Origin: Epiperipatus broadwayi
Lineage: Eukaryota > Animalia > Onychophora
Length of the DNA stretch: 64,000 bases
Reading direction: 5' to 3'
Assembly: GCA_028023455.1 (NCBI GenBank)
Contig: JAQFVV010000006.1
Span: forward strand, 7,130,001 to 7,194,000
A model generated the notes under the pieces. It was not told where the DNA came from and ran no database searches. It saw only the letters and a list, made by a program, of their open reading frames with translations. Position 1 is the stretch's first letter, and each line of letters begins with the position of its first letter. Made by a program: the position numbers and the translations under genes. This document shows, one piece after another, positions 12,626 through 27,626 of this stretch.

Positions 12626-15600
12626 AAACTTTTTTAAAGTTGTACTTTACATATATTTGGTTATTGTATTTATTAATCTTCAATTACAAAATTACATATA
12701 TAACTTTGAAGAAATACAGAAATCGAATAAGAATATCATTACATATATATATATATTCTGACCTGTACTCGTGCATCTTCACTTCCAGATAATATATGAT
12801 ATGAAATAAAATGGGTTCTATCTCAGTTAATAATTAATAAATAAAATATTCAGCATTAAAATTAAAATATTTCACTAGCTCAAATTTAAAATACGAATAA
12901 GGTTCAGTTTATAAAAATAAATTAAATAAATATTTAATATTTTCATGAGACTTGAAGTGAAAATACAGGTGACAAGATAGATTACATTGAGCCAATATCC
13001 AACAGGATACTACCTCAATGGCATAAGAACACTATCCCCCTTTATTACTATTTTAAATAACAAACTCAAAGTATTCTTACGACTTTAATAACTTCTACTC
13101 ACTAAGATTAAACCAATAATTAAATCTTAATCTTCTATTTATAATAATCTAGCTCAAATAAAATAATCTCAGGTTCATAAAGTTTATTCTAAGTTAATTT
13201 AAAAATACGGTAGTAAAATATGAGAAGGGATTTTATGTCATAATCTACTACACTGAAACTAATAATAATAAATAACAGTAATAATATTCTTCATTGTATA
13301 TCTTTTCTTTTTACTATAATTTTATTACCATAATAAAATAATGAAATAATATAATATGATCTTATATCTTCATGTAATGATATAATAAATACGTGGGCAG
13401 CATTTTAATAATCTGACAAACAAAATATGTGTGGCAACTGATAGCATATAATTTAATATAATATTGTGATAACTGATTTATGACCAATAAAATAATGTAA
13501 GATTATGATTATTTAATTATAATGAATACCAATAAAATATTTAAATTCTTAAATAATTCTCTATTGATCTTTTTGTGCAAAATTATATATTTGTTTCAAT
13601 TATTATGCATATATCGTGATTTCATGCAGCGATGTGGAGAAATAAATAACTCGGACACAAAATTTTTGAAATAACAAAATTTAACAAAGTTTATTACTAA
13701 CAACAAATAAATAAACAATTTATTTACACTATTTACAGTGGATATCCTTAACTTTTTTACTTTACAGTTTGATCTACCGGGTTATAAAAAAAATAATTTA
13801 TATTTCAATTATATCTTTATTTAGATTTAGGACAAAATTTAAAAAAAAAATGTTACTATTTGGTTTCTCATTATGGTTAACTTATTACAAAATATATTTA
13901 TCTACTTTATTAGCAACAGCATTTTATCCTTAATATTATTAAACTATCTTATTTTAAAAAAAATTCATACTTAGAAAAACATTCTATAGAAAACAAAATT
14001 TTATAATGAGTATGGATTTCTAAAAATATTAAAAAAAATTTCATCTTGCAAAGTCAAAGATGTTACACAAAATATTATTCAAAATTCAGTACTAGATTTT
14101 AGTATTTATCACACAATGTTTACTAATCATAATATATTCTTCTTTAAGCCTTACTTTAGTATGATATAAGTGTAATCATCAATATATTTCTGTTAATCAA
14201 TAAACAAAAAATATACTATGCATATTGTTTACATAATTTACTTTGTACTATTGTATTTTAAAAATATGCAATACTTATTTTCTCTTAAAAAAAATAATAC
14301 TAAAGCATTTAAAATTATTATCACTTTAAAGAAAATATCTTTGTTTAGATACTTTATTTTAAAAAAGTTTATATTTCATTTCCGAAATAAAATTCAAAAT
14401 ATATTCTATGATTCTTTTCTTTCCTTAGGATACTTTGGATCTTCAATTTTAAGTTATAACGTCCTATTCCTTCTAAGCAAATAAACCAATCTTATACAAA
14501 ACGATAGCATAACCTAAGTTCTAAATTATTTATCATTTCTCTTAAACATATCTTACTAAACGATGCAGTTACATGAAATAAAGATAGCGAAAACAGATGC
14601 ATAGGATTAAGGAAGAAAGCTAGAGTATTACTCTTAACATATCTCAAAATCATGGCACAGTGCGAAGAGGTATGACATTTACCTGCCTAATATCCTCTAG
14701 TACAGGGACAATGTTAAAGCTATTTCTTCAGCTTTATTAGAACATCAAATATTTAAAGAAATATAAACACTGTCCAAATAAAATGTGTATCAGTCATAGG
14801 ACTTTGTTAACTATGCTGATATTCACATAAAGACTAAATATTATTTCCATTCCTTATAACATCCTATTTCTTAAAACATCATCTTGGTTTCCTGTTCACT
14901 AAGTACTTCCAAGCCACTATCTCAACATTATTTCTCAAGATTTTCCACATCTTACATCGATAAATAACTATCTGCATTTACAAAACAATAAATAAAATTC
15001 ATTAATAGTTAAACAATCTTACGATTCCATAAGAAAAGTTGCTTAATTCATTGCTCTGTATGTTTAATCATATACAATCTACTTAGACAATATTTGAATA
15101 TCCTAACATGAAAATTTTAAAAGAATCACATAACTATTTGTTATATGTTGGATTATATCACTAATAAAAAAAAAATTGTCATATGCATATTTTCAAATCA
15201 ATCCTATCTCATAATGTTTTTTAAAATGTTGTATGAAATGCGGTACATATAAGTAAAACAATTTTACACTTCATTCTTCCAATTTATGGCTGATCTAAAG
15301 AAAACAAAAAAAAAATACATTATAAATTATGAATAGTTATTATTATTACCAATAACCTTTATCTAGTCATTGTGTTCAGTAGGCTTTTCTTTATCCACTT
15401 GAGCATTGCAGATATAAAAAAAAATTCACACCCATACACTTTATATTAAAATATTTTTAGCTAAATTATTAGATTGTTATATTATAAAATTTTAATATTA
15501 ATAAATTAATGTTTTTATGTTTTTCCTAATCTTATATAAAAATTTAGATTTAAACTAGGTTAACAAAATAAAAGGAATCAAAACTATAATTACATATTTT

Positions 15601-18600
15601 CTTGACGATAGTTCCTGATAAGTTCAAAATGTTTATTATTTTCTCTAGAGTTTTTAAAAATGTTCTCCTCCAAGCGCATTAAAGTTTAAAATAAAAATAA
15701 TTATTAATCCATTTAGTAAAATTTATAGAAAATAATCCTTGGTTTTAGTATTTAGGACGGTAATTATTAAATCATAATATTAATTAATCCCGTGAAGCTT
15801 CTTAATCTTCTCTACTAATATTCTCTGCGTATCCGATGCATCAATCCATCTAATTTAACTTTAAAAATATTCGATAAACTTTTAAGTACTATTTGTATTT
15901 CCATGGATCCATCTTTTATTCAACTATATGTTCACTTTTTTATATATGTTTCCTTCTTGATACATTTAAACTTTCGTTTGGTATTTTTTATAAATCTCTT
16001 TAAAAAAAAATGTTACCTTCAGAAAGGATATAACATTTTACTCCTTTGAATATCATATTATATAAAATGATTCATGAAATATAATTGTCTTATTATTATT
16101 TAAAAAATAAATCTTGGATAGGCTTATAAATAATAATGTGTCTCCAATTTTTTTCATTAGACTCCGTATGATGTCCGAGCTGTGGTTTTTTATGTACCAA
16201 AACAGTTCTTTGGTGAAATATTAATAAAGCTGTATCAATAAATATTCCAAACATTTTTTCAGCATTACAACTTATATCCATTTTATTTCGTAGTATATCC
16301 ATTTTTATGGCGAAGTTTAGGTTAAACTTTTAGATAAAATACGGCTGGTAAGTACTTTAAAAATTAGAAAATCATTTCCACGAAGTTTCTAAATTATTAT
16401 ATTTTAACACCCTCTTTTGCAAAAATACTTTAAAAAATTATCAATTAGTTTTTTGCAAATAAAATGATAAAAGTACTAAAAAAAAATTGACTAAAATAAA
16501 AAAATTAAAAAAAAAAAATACTATCTCTTTGAGAGCTGCTAATATACCTTTCTTTGGTTTCAATACATTATTAATCTCTCTCGATAACTTAGTTACAACG
16601 ATATTTATAGTCTGTAAGAATACCTATTCCTATTGGTTAATTCTTACTTTAGCTTGAGAACAAATTTACATATTTTTAGTTTATAGTAGAATTAAATTTC
16701 AAAATAGAAATTATGACGTAATGAACTTAAAATATTATTTAAAATATTACTTTTGAATCAATTATTATTTTATTAAAATTATTTAAACATTTAAAATAAC
16801 CTTTAAAATAACCTTAATAACTTATTCCATTTATCTATTTTTATTTAAACAAAATATTTAATTTTTATTATATCTGTATTCGTCTTTATTACATTACTTA
16901 AAACATTACATACGATAGTTAACTTAATATTTATTATTATTTGCTAGGTGACAATTCCATCCAATTCTATAATATAACTTTTAAAATATTTTAAACTTCA
17001 TTACTTTAAATACAAACAAGCACGTGTGTGAAAATATATAGTATACAAGTCACATGATTAATAACTTTGACAGATGATTTTCAATCTATTTCTCTACCTA
17101 GATTTATATAATTGATACACTTATTATATTATATAAAATAATTATAATAAATTTGGAAGAATAATTTTAAAAATATAGAACTAGATATAATTTTCACCAT
17201 CATAAAGTTTATTTTTAAAATATATTATATTAATTTTGATCATTAAACATAGTTTATAAATCTAAATACTGTATAACATTTATTTATCTATACGTTTAAG
17301 ACTATTAAAATTGAGCTTATTAAATATACTTTTAATTATTTATAGCTGTGTTATTTAATGTGGCCAGCTTTTACAACCATATGCAACAATATTTAAAGCT
17401 TTACATAACTATTTTTAAATGATTTTATATACTACGTATTCTCTTTAGCTTCAAATTGTACTTTAAAAATATAATTGACTTAATATCATTAATGTATTAA
17501 AAGAACATATTCTAAAATTTAAAATTTTTAGTAATTGACTGTTATAAATTATTACTGACCTATAGAAAAGAGCACAATATATATATCAAGTTCTAATGTT
17601 AAACACTTTATGATACTAAATATATAGGTAATGCTAGAAATTACATCACAATGTGACTGTTATAATAGATAATTGCAAGGCTCTTTAGTCATAGCATAGA
17701 TCAATATTTTTTTTGTTAAAGAAAGAATAGGTAACTATTTCATTACTATATATATATATTATAACGATCGAAATGAAAGTGAAGATCGAATCTAACTGCA
17801 AAAACAATATCTGCAACTATCAGGGCGCCATCTAGGCATTTGAGCCTAGAAAAATTTATAGATTAGGCAGATACGTGCTGTTAAGATTCCACTTTATTTA
17901 AATATTCCGATCGTTAGCCCAAGTCACTAGCTCAGCGGAGACGCAGAGATACAAATCTATATCTTAATTTATATCTTAAATATCAATAAATAAAAGCCAC
18001 TGCCAGAAATTAACACATAAAAATATTTATTTACGCACGTATAAAATAACATTTAAATTTTGAGGAATAAGTTTAACATTTTAGATTTTTATATTAACTT
18101 TTAATTTTACATTTAACTAAGTTTCAATGAGTTTAATATTTTATTTAGATAGTCAAGTATGAATAGACTACATAGATCTGCATTTGAAAAGAAAATATTC
18201 TTCCCTGATTTAACCTTAGGCAACAAATTTCGCAATCAACTGGCGCCAATCCATCTGATACATTCATGTATTCAATGTAGCATGATACGACAACACAAAA
18301 TACTATACTGTCAGGAATGTACATCTGAACAATAAGTAGAAATAGAGAAGACATTGACTCTCCACCAACAGGAATGTGACATCTGTTGGCAAGTAGAACA
18401 ATAAACAAAAAACTCCATAGGAATGGACTGCGGTCTTCTGCCGACTTACAAACCCATCCATAGGCAAACAGAGGGTGTGTGGCATATATCTATAATCCTG
18501 CCCGTAGCGGACCTCATACTACATCTACATTTACACAAATATATCCAATCCATTGAATCAATTCAGCTACGAAATGAATAACCTAAGATTACCCTCCCTT

Positions 18601-20099
18601 AATATAACTTTACAAACTATATAGCCATTCATGCCCGACTTAAATTTAACATTTAGATACGTTCGCACAAATGCATTTTATAAAATTTGTTTTAAAATGT
18701 TGAGTACAGATCAGCTGCACAGATTCCATGGTCAAAAACATTCCAAATTCAACACAACCGATCAAAATACAAAGTCATCGATAAACGTCACTTGCATAGG
18801 GAATATACAAATCCCATTAGCATTCATTGTAAGATGCTTGCAGTAATATCGTTGACATATATTCTAATCGAATGTGAAAACCACAACATTATCAACTGCT
18901 AACGAATCTATGCAACGTCTATACCCAACCTTAAATGTAATGCATTTAATAATTTCTACAATAAATATTACTACAAATAAAAATAATAAAATGGAAATGA
19001 TTTTAGCAAAACTTAACTATATAAATTTAAACAATCAATTATTAATTTGAAATCAAATAAGAGTTCATTTTAAAATTTAAATTAGCTGAATCTTTAAAAA
19101 AAAATCACTGACGAAAGTTCTTAATTACTTTTTTTGGTTGTTGTTAATTTGTAAAGTTCATAGCTCACGGTAGAAGAGTCCAGGTTTCTGCTTTTAATTC
19201 CCGCGACGCCTCCATTGGAAGATAATGGTCTGGAGATGGCAATAGCTGGTTCAAGGTATCACAGTCTTTTCATTTTTCCTTTTTAAATAGAGAGTGTGGT
19301 ATGTGTGTCCCTACCACCTCTCAAACACACAACGCTGGAATTCCCAAAAAAACTGTATTTCTCTTTTTATATTATCCACACGGATTCAATCAACAAAACG
19401 TCACTAATCCATCACTTTCGTTAGGGTCCGAGCCAAGGCTTAGTGCTTCCATTGGTCAAGCTAATTTCTCTTTTTTTCTTATCTATCTTTCATCAGATCA
19501 TTTTAATTATACAAGAGCCCACGGCTAGCTTGCTTTTCAAACAATTTATAAACAATCATTTCCATTTACAGATTACAAGAATTAATTAATACCTGTTTTT
19601 ATTTTTAAATCTTGTACTTTTTTTATATAAAAAAGTACGTTCAAATACTTATTTATTTGTTTTTTAAAAAACAAAAAATTTTTAAAGTTTGGCATCTGTG
19701 CGAATGTATATACGTTTAACAAACATTTTAATTTTAGCGTTTAGTTTTTTACTTTTATTTGCGAACTTTTAAGTTTTTATTTTAAATTAATGTAACGACA
19801 TATTTATATATCGTTACAATATATATATATATATAATAAAAGACTTGAACTCAGACTTTCAAGCTCTCTATGTCTATCCAATCCATCTTATACAACTAAT
19901 ACACATGATCACATACATGTGAAAAAGATAAATGATCTCCAATATACGTATTACATTAAATTTAATAGAGATAATATATATGTATTAAAATATTATATAT
20001 ATGTAAATAATAAATAACTCAGATTAGATGCAACTGAATAGGAAATAACTTAAGCTTCCAATGAATTATATAATGCAAATAAACTCTTTAAAAGATTAT

Positions 20100-20235
20100 G
20101 TTGTGGAAATGGGAAAACAGTGTGGGGAATAGAAAGGGAAGGTAAAGTGGCTATCAGGTTTCTCTGGGCATAGTGCCTGAGAGAATCCTAATCCTGACTC
20201 CGTATAAGAAGAAGTCATAGTGCATCACATCATAT
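20100..20235 (+). repeat. Dispersed repeat, probably a LINE 3' UTR (also 48835-48975 minus and 55805-55965 plus)
   Basis: Shared ggtttctctgggcata..gagattcctgactc..cacagtgcatcacat; at 55.8 kb it follows a LINE ORF2 C-terminus. Confidence 0.6.
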
Positions 20236-21059
20236 CCTTCTTATATATGCTTAGTCCATTTATGTAACTTTAAACAAGAGGGTGAATTAAATTTACTGAT
20301 TGATCCTCTATAAATGGTGTTTCTTATCATTTGCTCTTTAAATATAAATAATCAATCAATAGATTGAATTCACTACTTCATTTAAAATTAAGTATATAAG
20401 AACAAGTGCTAAGAGACAGACGGTAACCATCTGTTCAGTTCCTGTGCTGGGATGTCATCCAGGTGACTTTGAAGTATAACATTATGCCATTAAACAGAGG
20501 ACGTGTAGAGTTCAAATTTAAATGTCTTATTCAGTTAAGAGTAAATATCTAATGAGAAGGAGCACCAGTGGACACCCAAAGAATTTTGAAGTGATCACCT
20601 GAATTAAGAAACTATATTACATAAATAAAATATATTTTTTACACAAATAGTTACCACAGGAGAAAATCAGCTTCTTTACAATCAAGACGGCTGTGGGTAG
20701 TTGGGCAAACTTACTGACGAATGTTTCAGAGAATACACATCTTCATTTGAAATGCACAATGATAAGTATGTCAATTACAAATTCATCAGTTCAAATACAT
20801 TCACTGCATAATGCAACAGTGCTAAGAGCAGCATTAAATAACATTCAATCAGTAATGAAGCCGATAATTGTTTTTTTGTTATGACAGGTGCACAGATTTA
20901 AGTATTTCGTTGTAAAAAAAAAATAGTATTTTATGTTTTAGAAAAGGGATGTAATGTCTGGAACAAGTACAAAGAAAACAAAGACAACCATTTAAAACTG
21001 AATAGGAAGAACAGTTTTTCTTCACAATGATGACAGCGAAATGTGCGTGTTAATTATGT

Positions 21060-21782
21060 CATATAACTGTGTCGTTTCCAAAAAAAAAAAAGAAATGTCA
21101 GAAGACATTTTTGATAAAGACTTTCCATAAAAAAAGTAAATTATGTGAACAAAAGTTAAAAAAATTTAAGTCACAATTAGCCAATCAACAATCATATTTC
21201 GGTAAATCATTATTAAATCTAAAGCTGCTACAATTTCATCATTTCATGTGATTTATATGTTAACACAACATAAATCATTTAGAAGAAGAAGAAATAACAA
21301 AAGAACCATTTCTAAAAGCCAAAGATTCATTCAAGAAGAAAAATGAAAAATTTTGCAATTAAAAAAGCATAACTTTTCCAAAGACTTGTTAGCATCTCAT
21401 ACAGAAATTATAATTTTTGATCTGGGTAAAAACCTAACTGAAGATATAACTAACTGCATTTATTTTCCTAGCAGTTTGAAGAATCTCCCAACAAACTTGA
21501 TATTCCTTTGTCTTTTTATAAAAATTGTTTTTAAATTTATGAATATGAAAGAATAATGATTTATCTGTAAAGAAAAAACATAAGATGAAGATGTTTTCTG
21601 TGTTTTCAAAAAATAGAGGAAAAAAAATTACAATTTATAAAGGTGAATCAATGATAAATGATAGGATGCCATTACTAATTATTTGTAATTATTATTATTA
21701 CATTAAAATATAGTAAACTGTAGCACCTGAAGAAAACTACAAGTTGCCCTTGCCCTGCAAAAAGTATGCCCACTCTTGATTT
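21060..21782 (+). mobile_element. hAT (Charlie/Buster, GTF2IRD2-like) transposase remnant with right end
   Basis: Frameshifted KSQLANQQSYFGK..KAATISSFHV..KSF..EEI.KEPFLKA; terminal sequence ..gcccactcttg resembles hAT TIRs, with a related end at ~6948. Confidence 0.5.
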
Positions 21783-22429
21783 AGATTATTACATTCTATA
21801 TATCTAGGTTAGTCTTATTTTATCTGAAAATTATTGTTAACTAAAACAGTAAATAAATAATTGACTGATTAGTTACTCAGGGGTCATATGACATTAGAGA
21901 AGCATAAGTAACAAATTGAGTTTCAATATAGAAACCTTTAGTTTTAAAATCTGCTACTTTGCAACTAACACTTAACTAAGAATAGATCACATGGTCATTA
22001 AATAAATGAATGGTTTGTTGTTCAGAGGTCATGTGACACATTAACACCAGAAGTGACAGAGTTGACCTTTGATCTAAAAATGGCTACCTCTTGAGTCCAT
22101 TACTTCTACCACTGTACTACATGGTTCGCAGCACTCATTATTAATTATCGGCTATCATTTCTATTTATCACCTATTCAGTGAATTTGAAAAACTCTCCAA
22201 TGCTGCCTTCATCATTTTGGAAAATACTTTCTTATGATTTTTTAATCTATGTGTCCATTATTATTAAATTATTTGCAGTAATCTTCATAATGAAATAATC
22301 AAATACTTGGTCTCTCAGAGGCCATTTGCTGTCCAAATGCTGAAAATGACTAATGTAAACTGTGACCCATAATTCACCACTCTATGTAGGCTGTGCAATA
22401 TCAATCAGGGCAAATTCATCATGACTTCT

Positions 22430-22592
22430 TTATTTATTTAGCATATGGATTTAGGCAACCTACTTAGTAATATCATAACGTAAAAAAACCTATAGAGACT
22501 CCAATCATAAGATAGATTAGCAGATGGATTTAGGCAACTTAATTATTAATAATATAACATGAAAAAAAACCTATAGAGACTCCAACTAGAAG
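22430..22592. repeat. Tandem duplication, 2 x ~80 bp
   Basis: tagca.atggatttaggcaac...aaaaaacctatagagactccaa..aagatagatt occurs twice. Confidence 0.8.
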
Positions 22593-23590
22593 ATAGATTC
22601 ACTAGTGGGTTTCAATTCAGCCACAATAGGACAGTCATTATTGGTATATAATTCATAGTTAGTACTTCCCACATTTACAAAGATCAGTGGTTGATATGTA
22701 TTCCATATGTTAAGCAGATGAGCACAAAGGCTGTGGGTTGTCCTGAATATACTCCAAATTATGTCTAAGAAGATCAAATCCTGAATTTATTGTTGAATCT
22801 GCAAAAATAAATTTTATTTGGAATCTCATCAGAACTCCATTTTTAAAGCCATTATTCTTGAATTATTGGTTCTTGTTTGAATGACCATTTTAATTTGCAT
22901 GGAGACTTAGGGGCTAAAACTATATTTTGAACTATTGACAAGTTCAGTTTTCTGCATGGAAATTCTTCTAATATTTGGCAGAAGAATATATGAAATAACA
23001 GGGAGCAACTGCAAAGGGGTAGACTTAAGTGTACCAGTAATATTTCTCATGGCAATATTTAAGAGTATCTTTAAGTTTAGTGTGGAATATTTTCTCCAAA
23101 TGAGCACAATATTTACTAGAACAAAATATTAGTGTTCCTAAAATAGTTGCTCCCAACTCCAAGTTAATACCAGCCAGCTTTTAAGAGATTGCTAGAAATT
23201 AATTTTGATTTAATCTTAGGTAATTGAGGGAAATAAGTTAGGCTATGACTCAAGGTAATTTCTAAATAGTATGGGATAGGATCAGATATGCAAAAATGTT
23301 ACATTCGTTTTATAAGGGCTATTCCCTGTCGATTAAATCAAAATTGAATATACTGTCTTCGCTAGATTAGGAATAAGACCCAATCTTTGAAAAGCATTTC
23401 CAATTTTTTTTAAACCATTAGTGAGAAGCTTATCTATTTCAGAAACAGAGCTCTTTTGAGAAATCAAAGCAATAGTCAGAGTCAATTTTCTGCTTTCTGT
23501 ATCTATATTACAGATATGGTAATTAAATTCCTACGAAAACCATACCTTGTGGCAGGCAGTCCTTTCTGTAAACTTTGTGTCTAATACGGT
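22590..23590 (-). mobile_element. Decayed I-group (Ingi/Nimb-like) LINE ORF2 C-terminal fragment
   Basis: YLEITL..SLT, LLKAGGINLELGA, NIAMRNITGTLKSTPLQLLPVISYILLPNIRR. Confidence 0.6.
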
Positions 23591-23627
23591 GATCATTGAA
23601 TGTCACTGGATTTTTTATTAGAGAGCA

Positions 23628-23739
23628 GTTTTTTTTTTTTTTTCATATGTCATGGCATCGGCCGGGACGCCACACCCATCTGCAACCAACTACTTGCTTG
23701 CAAGGCGGGTGCAATGACCTCTCGGCTAACAACGCTTGA
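23628..23739 (-). mobile_element. tRNA-like SINE, long-variable-region subfamily
   Basis: Same head and tail as the 5414 copy, with an insertion of about 14 nt and a CTTGCAA loop. Confidence 0.8.
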
Positions 23740-25080
23740 CTTGTCGAGTAAATTAATGGTTTTCCTAAAATTAAAAATGTTAGAAAGATCCTTTTCCAAA
23801 CAGAATCCTAAGCTGAAGTCGGGTCAATAAAAAGGTAGGGCCACTTTTTAATTTATTTTGAGAGCCTTTTTCGATGTGAATTGTTGAAGATAAAAATCGT
23901 TCACAAACAGTTTCACAATCGTCATATTAAAATCGATTAAAAAATAAATGAGAAAGTGGGATTTATATTTCTTTCAGATATTTAAATCCATTCATCCATT
24001 TTTAATATTTTACTTTTGCTTTTAACATTTTTTTTTGTTGATGTGGTTATATTTTTTTCGTTTTAAATCCAAGTCTGTGCGCTTAATTTTAATATTTCTC
24101 TTTAACATTTCTTTATTTACATTTTAATTATTGCTGCTTATTTTCAATAAAAAGATATATACGCTTAATCTCTTCTGAAGTCGCTGTTAAGCATTTCCCG
24201 TTTCATCTTTTCTAGCTTTACAGAAAGAAAGGATAAAAATCTGCATCCTGTTAGAATTCAATTAACAAAGATGGAAACCCGTCACCCGTACAGCTGTCAC
24301 ACCTTTCAAACCTTTCCCAGTATTAAGATCAACTTGCTCCACAATAGAATCACCAGACAAGAAAACCAAATTCCCCCCGCCAGGGTCAAAATTATCCAAG
24401 CCGATTCTACTGCGGGAAGATATTTCTATTCAATAATTCTCAGCGAAAATATCCAAAGAAAAAAAACCCATCAATAATCATTCTATTTTAAAATTCCTCG
24501 AAAACATCAAATTCAAAAATAAATATTAATTAAATAAATAATTGACAAAGAAACAACTTATCAAATTATAATTGTTAAGAAGAAAAACAGACTCTGACTA
24601 TTTTAAGAGCTGCGAGACGCGGCAAGAGCTTATAACATACAAACAACATTTTGAAAAGAAAAAGGCTCGTTGAAGAAAAACAATATTAAATGATAAATGT
24701 TTATTTACTTCAGATAATAAATGTAATGACATCTATTTATATATTTTAAGCAAATAAAAAAAAAAGAACATTGTAAAACTTGAAATCCGATTTATTTTAA
24801 ACAAGTGGTAGCTTATAGAATTTAATGGTGTTTAAAGGGATCGTTAAAGTATGTGCGTAGTGTATATAGTTTAAACGAGTAAGATATTAAACTAAAATAT
24901 ATTACGAGGGTGTCAAGCTACGACATACTATTTCCAGATCACGCTTTATTACTTAATTACAGTTACCTGTTATCTTAAATTGTCTTCAGATAGAAAATTA
25001 AAAATACATGTAATCTATTATTATAATATTAATATCAGCTATATTCTTTATTACTTTATACAATGCATTTTTATAATCCA

Positions 25081-25123
25081 TTATTGACAGTTTCGATTGC
25101 CCCAGCAATCTTCTTCAGAACTT
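25081..25123 (-). ncRNA. Hammerhead motif, family D
   Basis: CTGAAGA-A-GATTGC(TGGG)GCAATC-GAAA-CTG-TC; perfect 6-bp stem II, weak stem I. Confidence 0.7.
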
Positions 25124-25199
25124 ATATTTCCAAATCTTAATCTATTATTATCATTGTCTCTTCTCTAATGACATCAGAATATTTAACGATGATGTCTTT

Positions 25200-26450
25200 C
25201 TATTCACACATTCTTATATTTCTCCAGTTGTGCATTTCTATCATCTTTAGATCTTTCTGTATACTACTATATAATCATAATTTTGAATATCCTTCTGGTC
25301 TTATTGCATATGGAAAATTCCTGATGGTTTAATGCAGTGAAGAGTATATAAGATCCTTGGATCGATTCCAGGATTGCCATTTCTGTTACTTAAATTTCCC
25401 ATAAACTCCACTGTTATAAACCCAGTCAATTATTTACCCCATATGGTTTAGTGCATTGGGAGAATGTCAGATTCTGAAATATAATATCCTCAGATTGATT
25501 CCAGTTGTGGAACTTCCATAAACTCCCAAGCAATGAAGTTATTCAATTATAAGTTATACTCTATAATAATCCTATCAGTTTTTCTTCCAATGACTTCATA
25601 GTTATTCAATTATAAGTTATACTCTATAATCAGCCTATCAGTTTTTCTTCCAGTGACTTCATAACATGACCTATCAATTTAATTCTTTTGGCTTTAATTT
25701 TGAATATATCTGGACACTTATACAATTCATATAACTCAGCATTTTTTAAAGCTTAAACCCCCATCTCATGTGAGTATGATTTTTTGCAACACTAAAAATT
25801 ATTCATAATACAGTAGTCTCTTCAAATATTCTTAATTTCTACTGACCTATTTACAATATTGCCCCAAATTTCAGATTCTGAAATATACTATCCTCAAGAT
25901 TGATTCCAGTTCTGGTGACTTCTGGTTCATAAACTCCCAAACAATAAAGTTATTCAATTATAAGTTATATACCATAACCATTTTGATAATCTTTTTTCCC
26001 CAGTGACTTCATAACATGATTATCAATTTAATTCTTTTGGCTTTAATTTTGAATATCTCTGATTGTTTATGCAATTCATATATTTCCACACTTTTTAAAC
26101 ATCCCCCACTTGGTGTGAGTATGATTTTTCACAGCATGAAAAATTCTGCACAATACTGAAGCATTTTCAAATATCCCAAATTTCATGCTCATAATAAGTT
26201 TTGTTTGAGTACCAAATTCTGCCAACAATTTCTGCTTCCTAATACTTTTTTGGATTAAACAAAATTCCCAAGTATTTAAACTTGTTACAAAAATAAAATT
26301 GCCCAGGTTAAGTATGTTGACATACTTTCATTAAATAGATTTATTTCAAATTTTACACATATGATAGACATTGACATCAATGTAATATGGCACTGAAATA
26401 TTTCAGGGTTGTCCAACCATTTGTCCAGTCTAATGATTTTTACAGGTTGA
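25200..26450 (-). mobile_element. Decayed RTE-clade LINE 3' region with nested internal duplications (~56 bp and ~400 bp)
   Basis: FKYLG, IFE..LR.I.G, ELY.L...PDI..IK.KRIKL.GHV motifs; duplicated blocks at ~25468-25850 and ~25872-26200. Confidence 0.6.
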
Positions 26451-26656
26451 ATTTCAAATGCACAATATTGATTCAGTAAGTGTTGTTGACGTACATTTGG
26501 TGGCCGTATATTTTTTAAAATACACTAAAATTGAATATTCACTAAAAAATGTTTATAGTTAATTAAAATATAAAAAAAAATCCACAAAAATAAATTAAAA
26601 CAGACAAAACTCTCCATACAGTATTGCAGTAGGTGCAGTGCTCTCAGATCCAAGGT

Positions 26657-26698
26657 TCCTCACTGATGAAGACCACAAGCCAGAAACTAGTCTGGGGA
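26657..26698 (+). ncRNA. Hammerhead motif, family B copy 1
   Basis: TCCTCA-CTGATGA-A-GACCACAAGCC-A-GAAA-CTAG-TC-TGGGGA. Confidence 0.75.
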
Positions 26699-27119
26699 TA
26701 TTGGATGAGTAGGCAATAGATGGGGATTTTATGCACAAGCCTTCTGGCATCCATTGATTACTCTGGCTTGCACTGAGTGGCAATACTGTATGGAGAGTTT
26801 TGCCTGTTTTAATAATAGTTATAAGCAAACATAAGAAATGGTGATCATGTGATGTTTATTGGCTTAAAACCAATCCTGCCTAATAGGATAGTGATGGTTA
26901 TGGGTATTAAACAACCAAAGACATCAAAATGTATACATACTGAACTGAGTTCAGACCTATATGACTATATAAGCTAATGAACTTGGATTGGAAAATATTA
27001 TTGGGTTTTCAAATTAAACTCGTAGCTTTGTAGTTAAGTAGAGATAAACAGTGGCTGCTGGAGGGCTGCATTGGATCCTAATATCTACAAAATAGGTGCA
27101 GTGCTCTCAGGTATAAAGC

Positions 27120-27161
27120 TCCTCTCTGATGAAGGCCACAAGCCAGAAACTAGTCTGGGGA
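27120..27161 (+). ncRNA. Hammerhead motif, family B copy 2
   Basis: CTGATGA-A-GGC(CACAA)GCC-A-GAAA-CTAG-TC-TGGGGA. Confidence 0.75.
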
Positions 27162-27626
27162 TATTTGATGAGTAGGCAACTAGATGGGAATTTTATGCAC
27201 AAGCCTTCTGGCATACTGTATGGAGAGATTCTGCTTGTTTTAATAACAGTTATAAGCAAGCATAAGAAATGGTGATCAAGTGATGTTTATTGACTTAAAA
27301 ATAAATTAGTAATGAACTCTTAACTTGATTTGATAGTTTAACTAAAATGTAAATTTTTAAAATGTTGCCTTCATGAATAACAATGAACAAATCTTATTAC
27401 AAACTTTTAATGTATATGAATTTTATTTCAAAAATTATGTAGATATTGTTAATATTTTTAATATTTAAAGTTGAAGATGAATAGCTACAAAAAGTCTGTT
27501 GCAAAATATTCCACAATAAGAAGTTGAAAAATAATGTGTAAAAATTATTTTATAAAAAATGTTTTTAATTTGAGGAGGAATGTACTAAAACTAAAAAATA
27601 ATTTTGGCTTCTATTTATTTATTTAC

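Larger units (their letters stand above)
26594..27300 (+). mobile_element. Retrozyme-like element, family B: 5' inverted segment plus ~1.45 copies of a 463-nt non-coding unit with two HHRs
   Basis: Cores at 26663 and 27126 (spacing 463). 26594-26627 is the reverse complement of 26780-26814. Confidence 0.85.

Noticed and set aside
13630-16400. LTR-like start followed by a long decayed coding-like minus-strand region (possible viral or Polinton relic)
   Set aside because: Only isolated motifs (e.g. YIDD); I could not assign a family by eye.
19140-19530. CCAAT/CRE/TATA-like cluster on the minus strand as a nested promoter
   Set aside because: Short motifs only, with no convincing downstream ORF or exon chain.
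20540-20600. Minus-strand ttcttaattcag|GTGATC as a recursive splice site or nested terminal exon
   Set aside because: Weak regenerated donor, a short peptide and no supporting partner exon.
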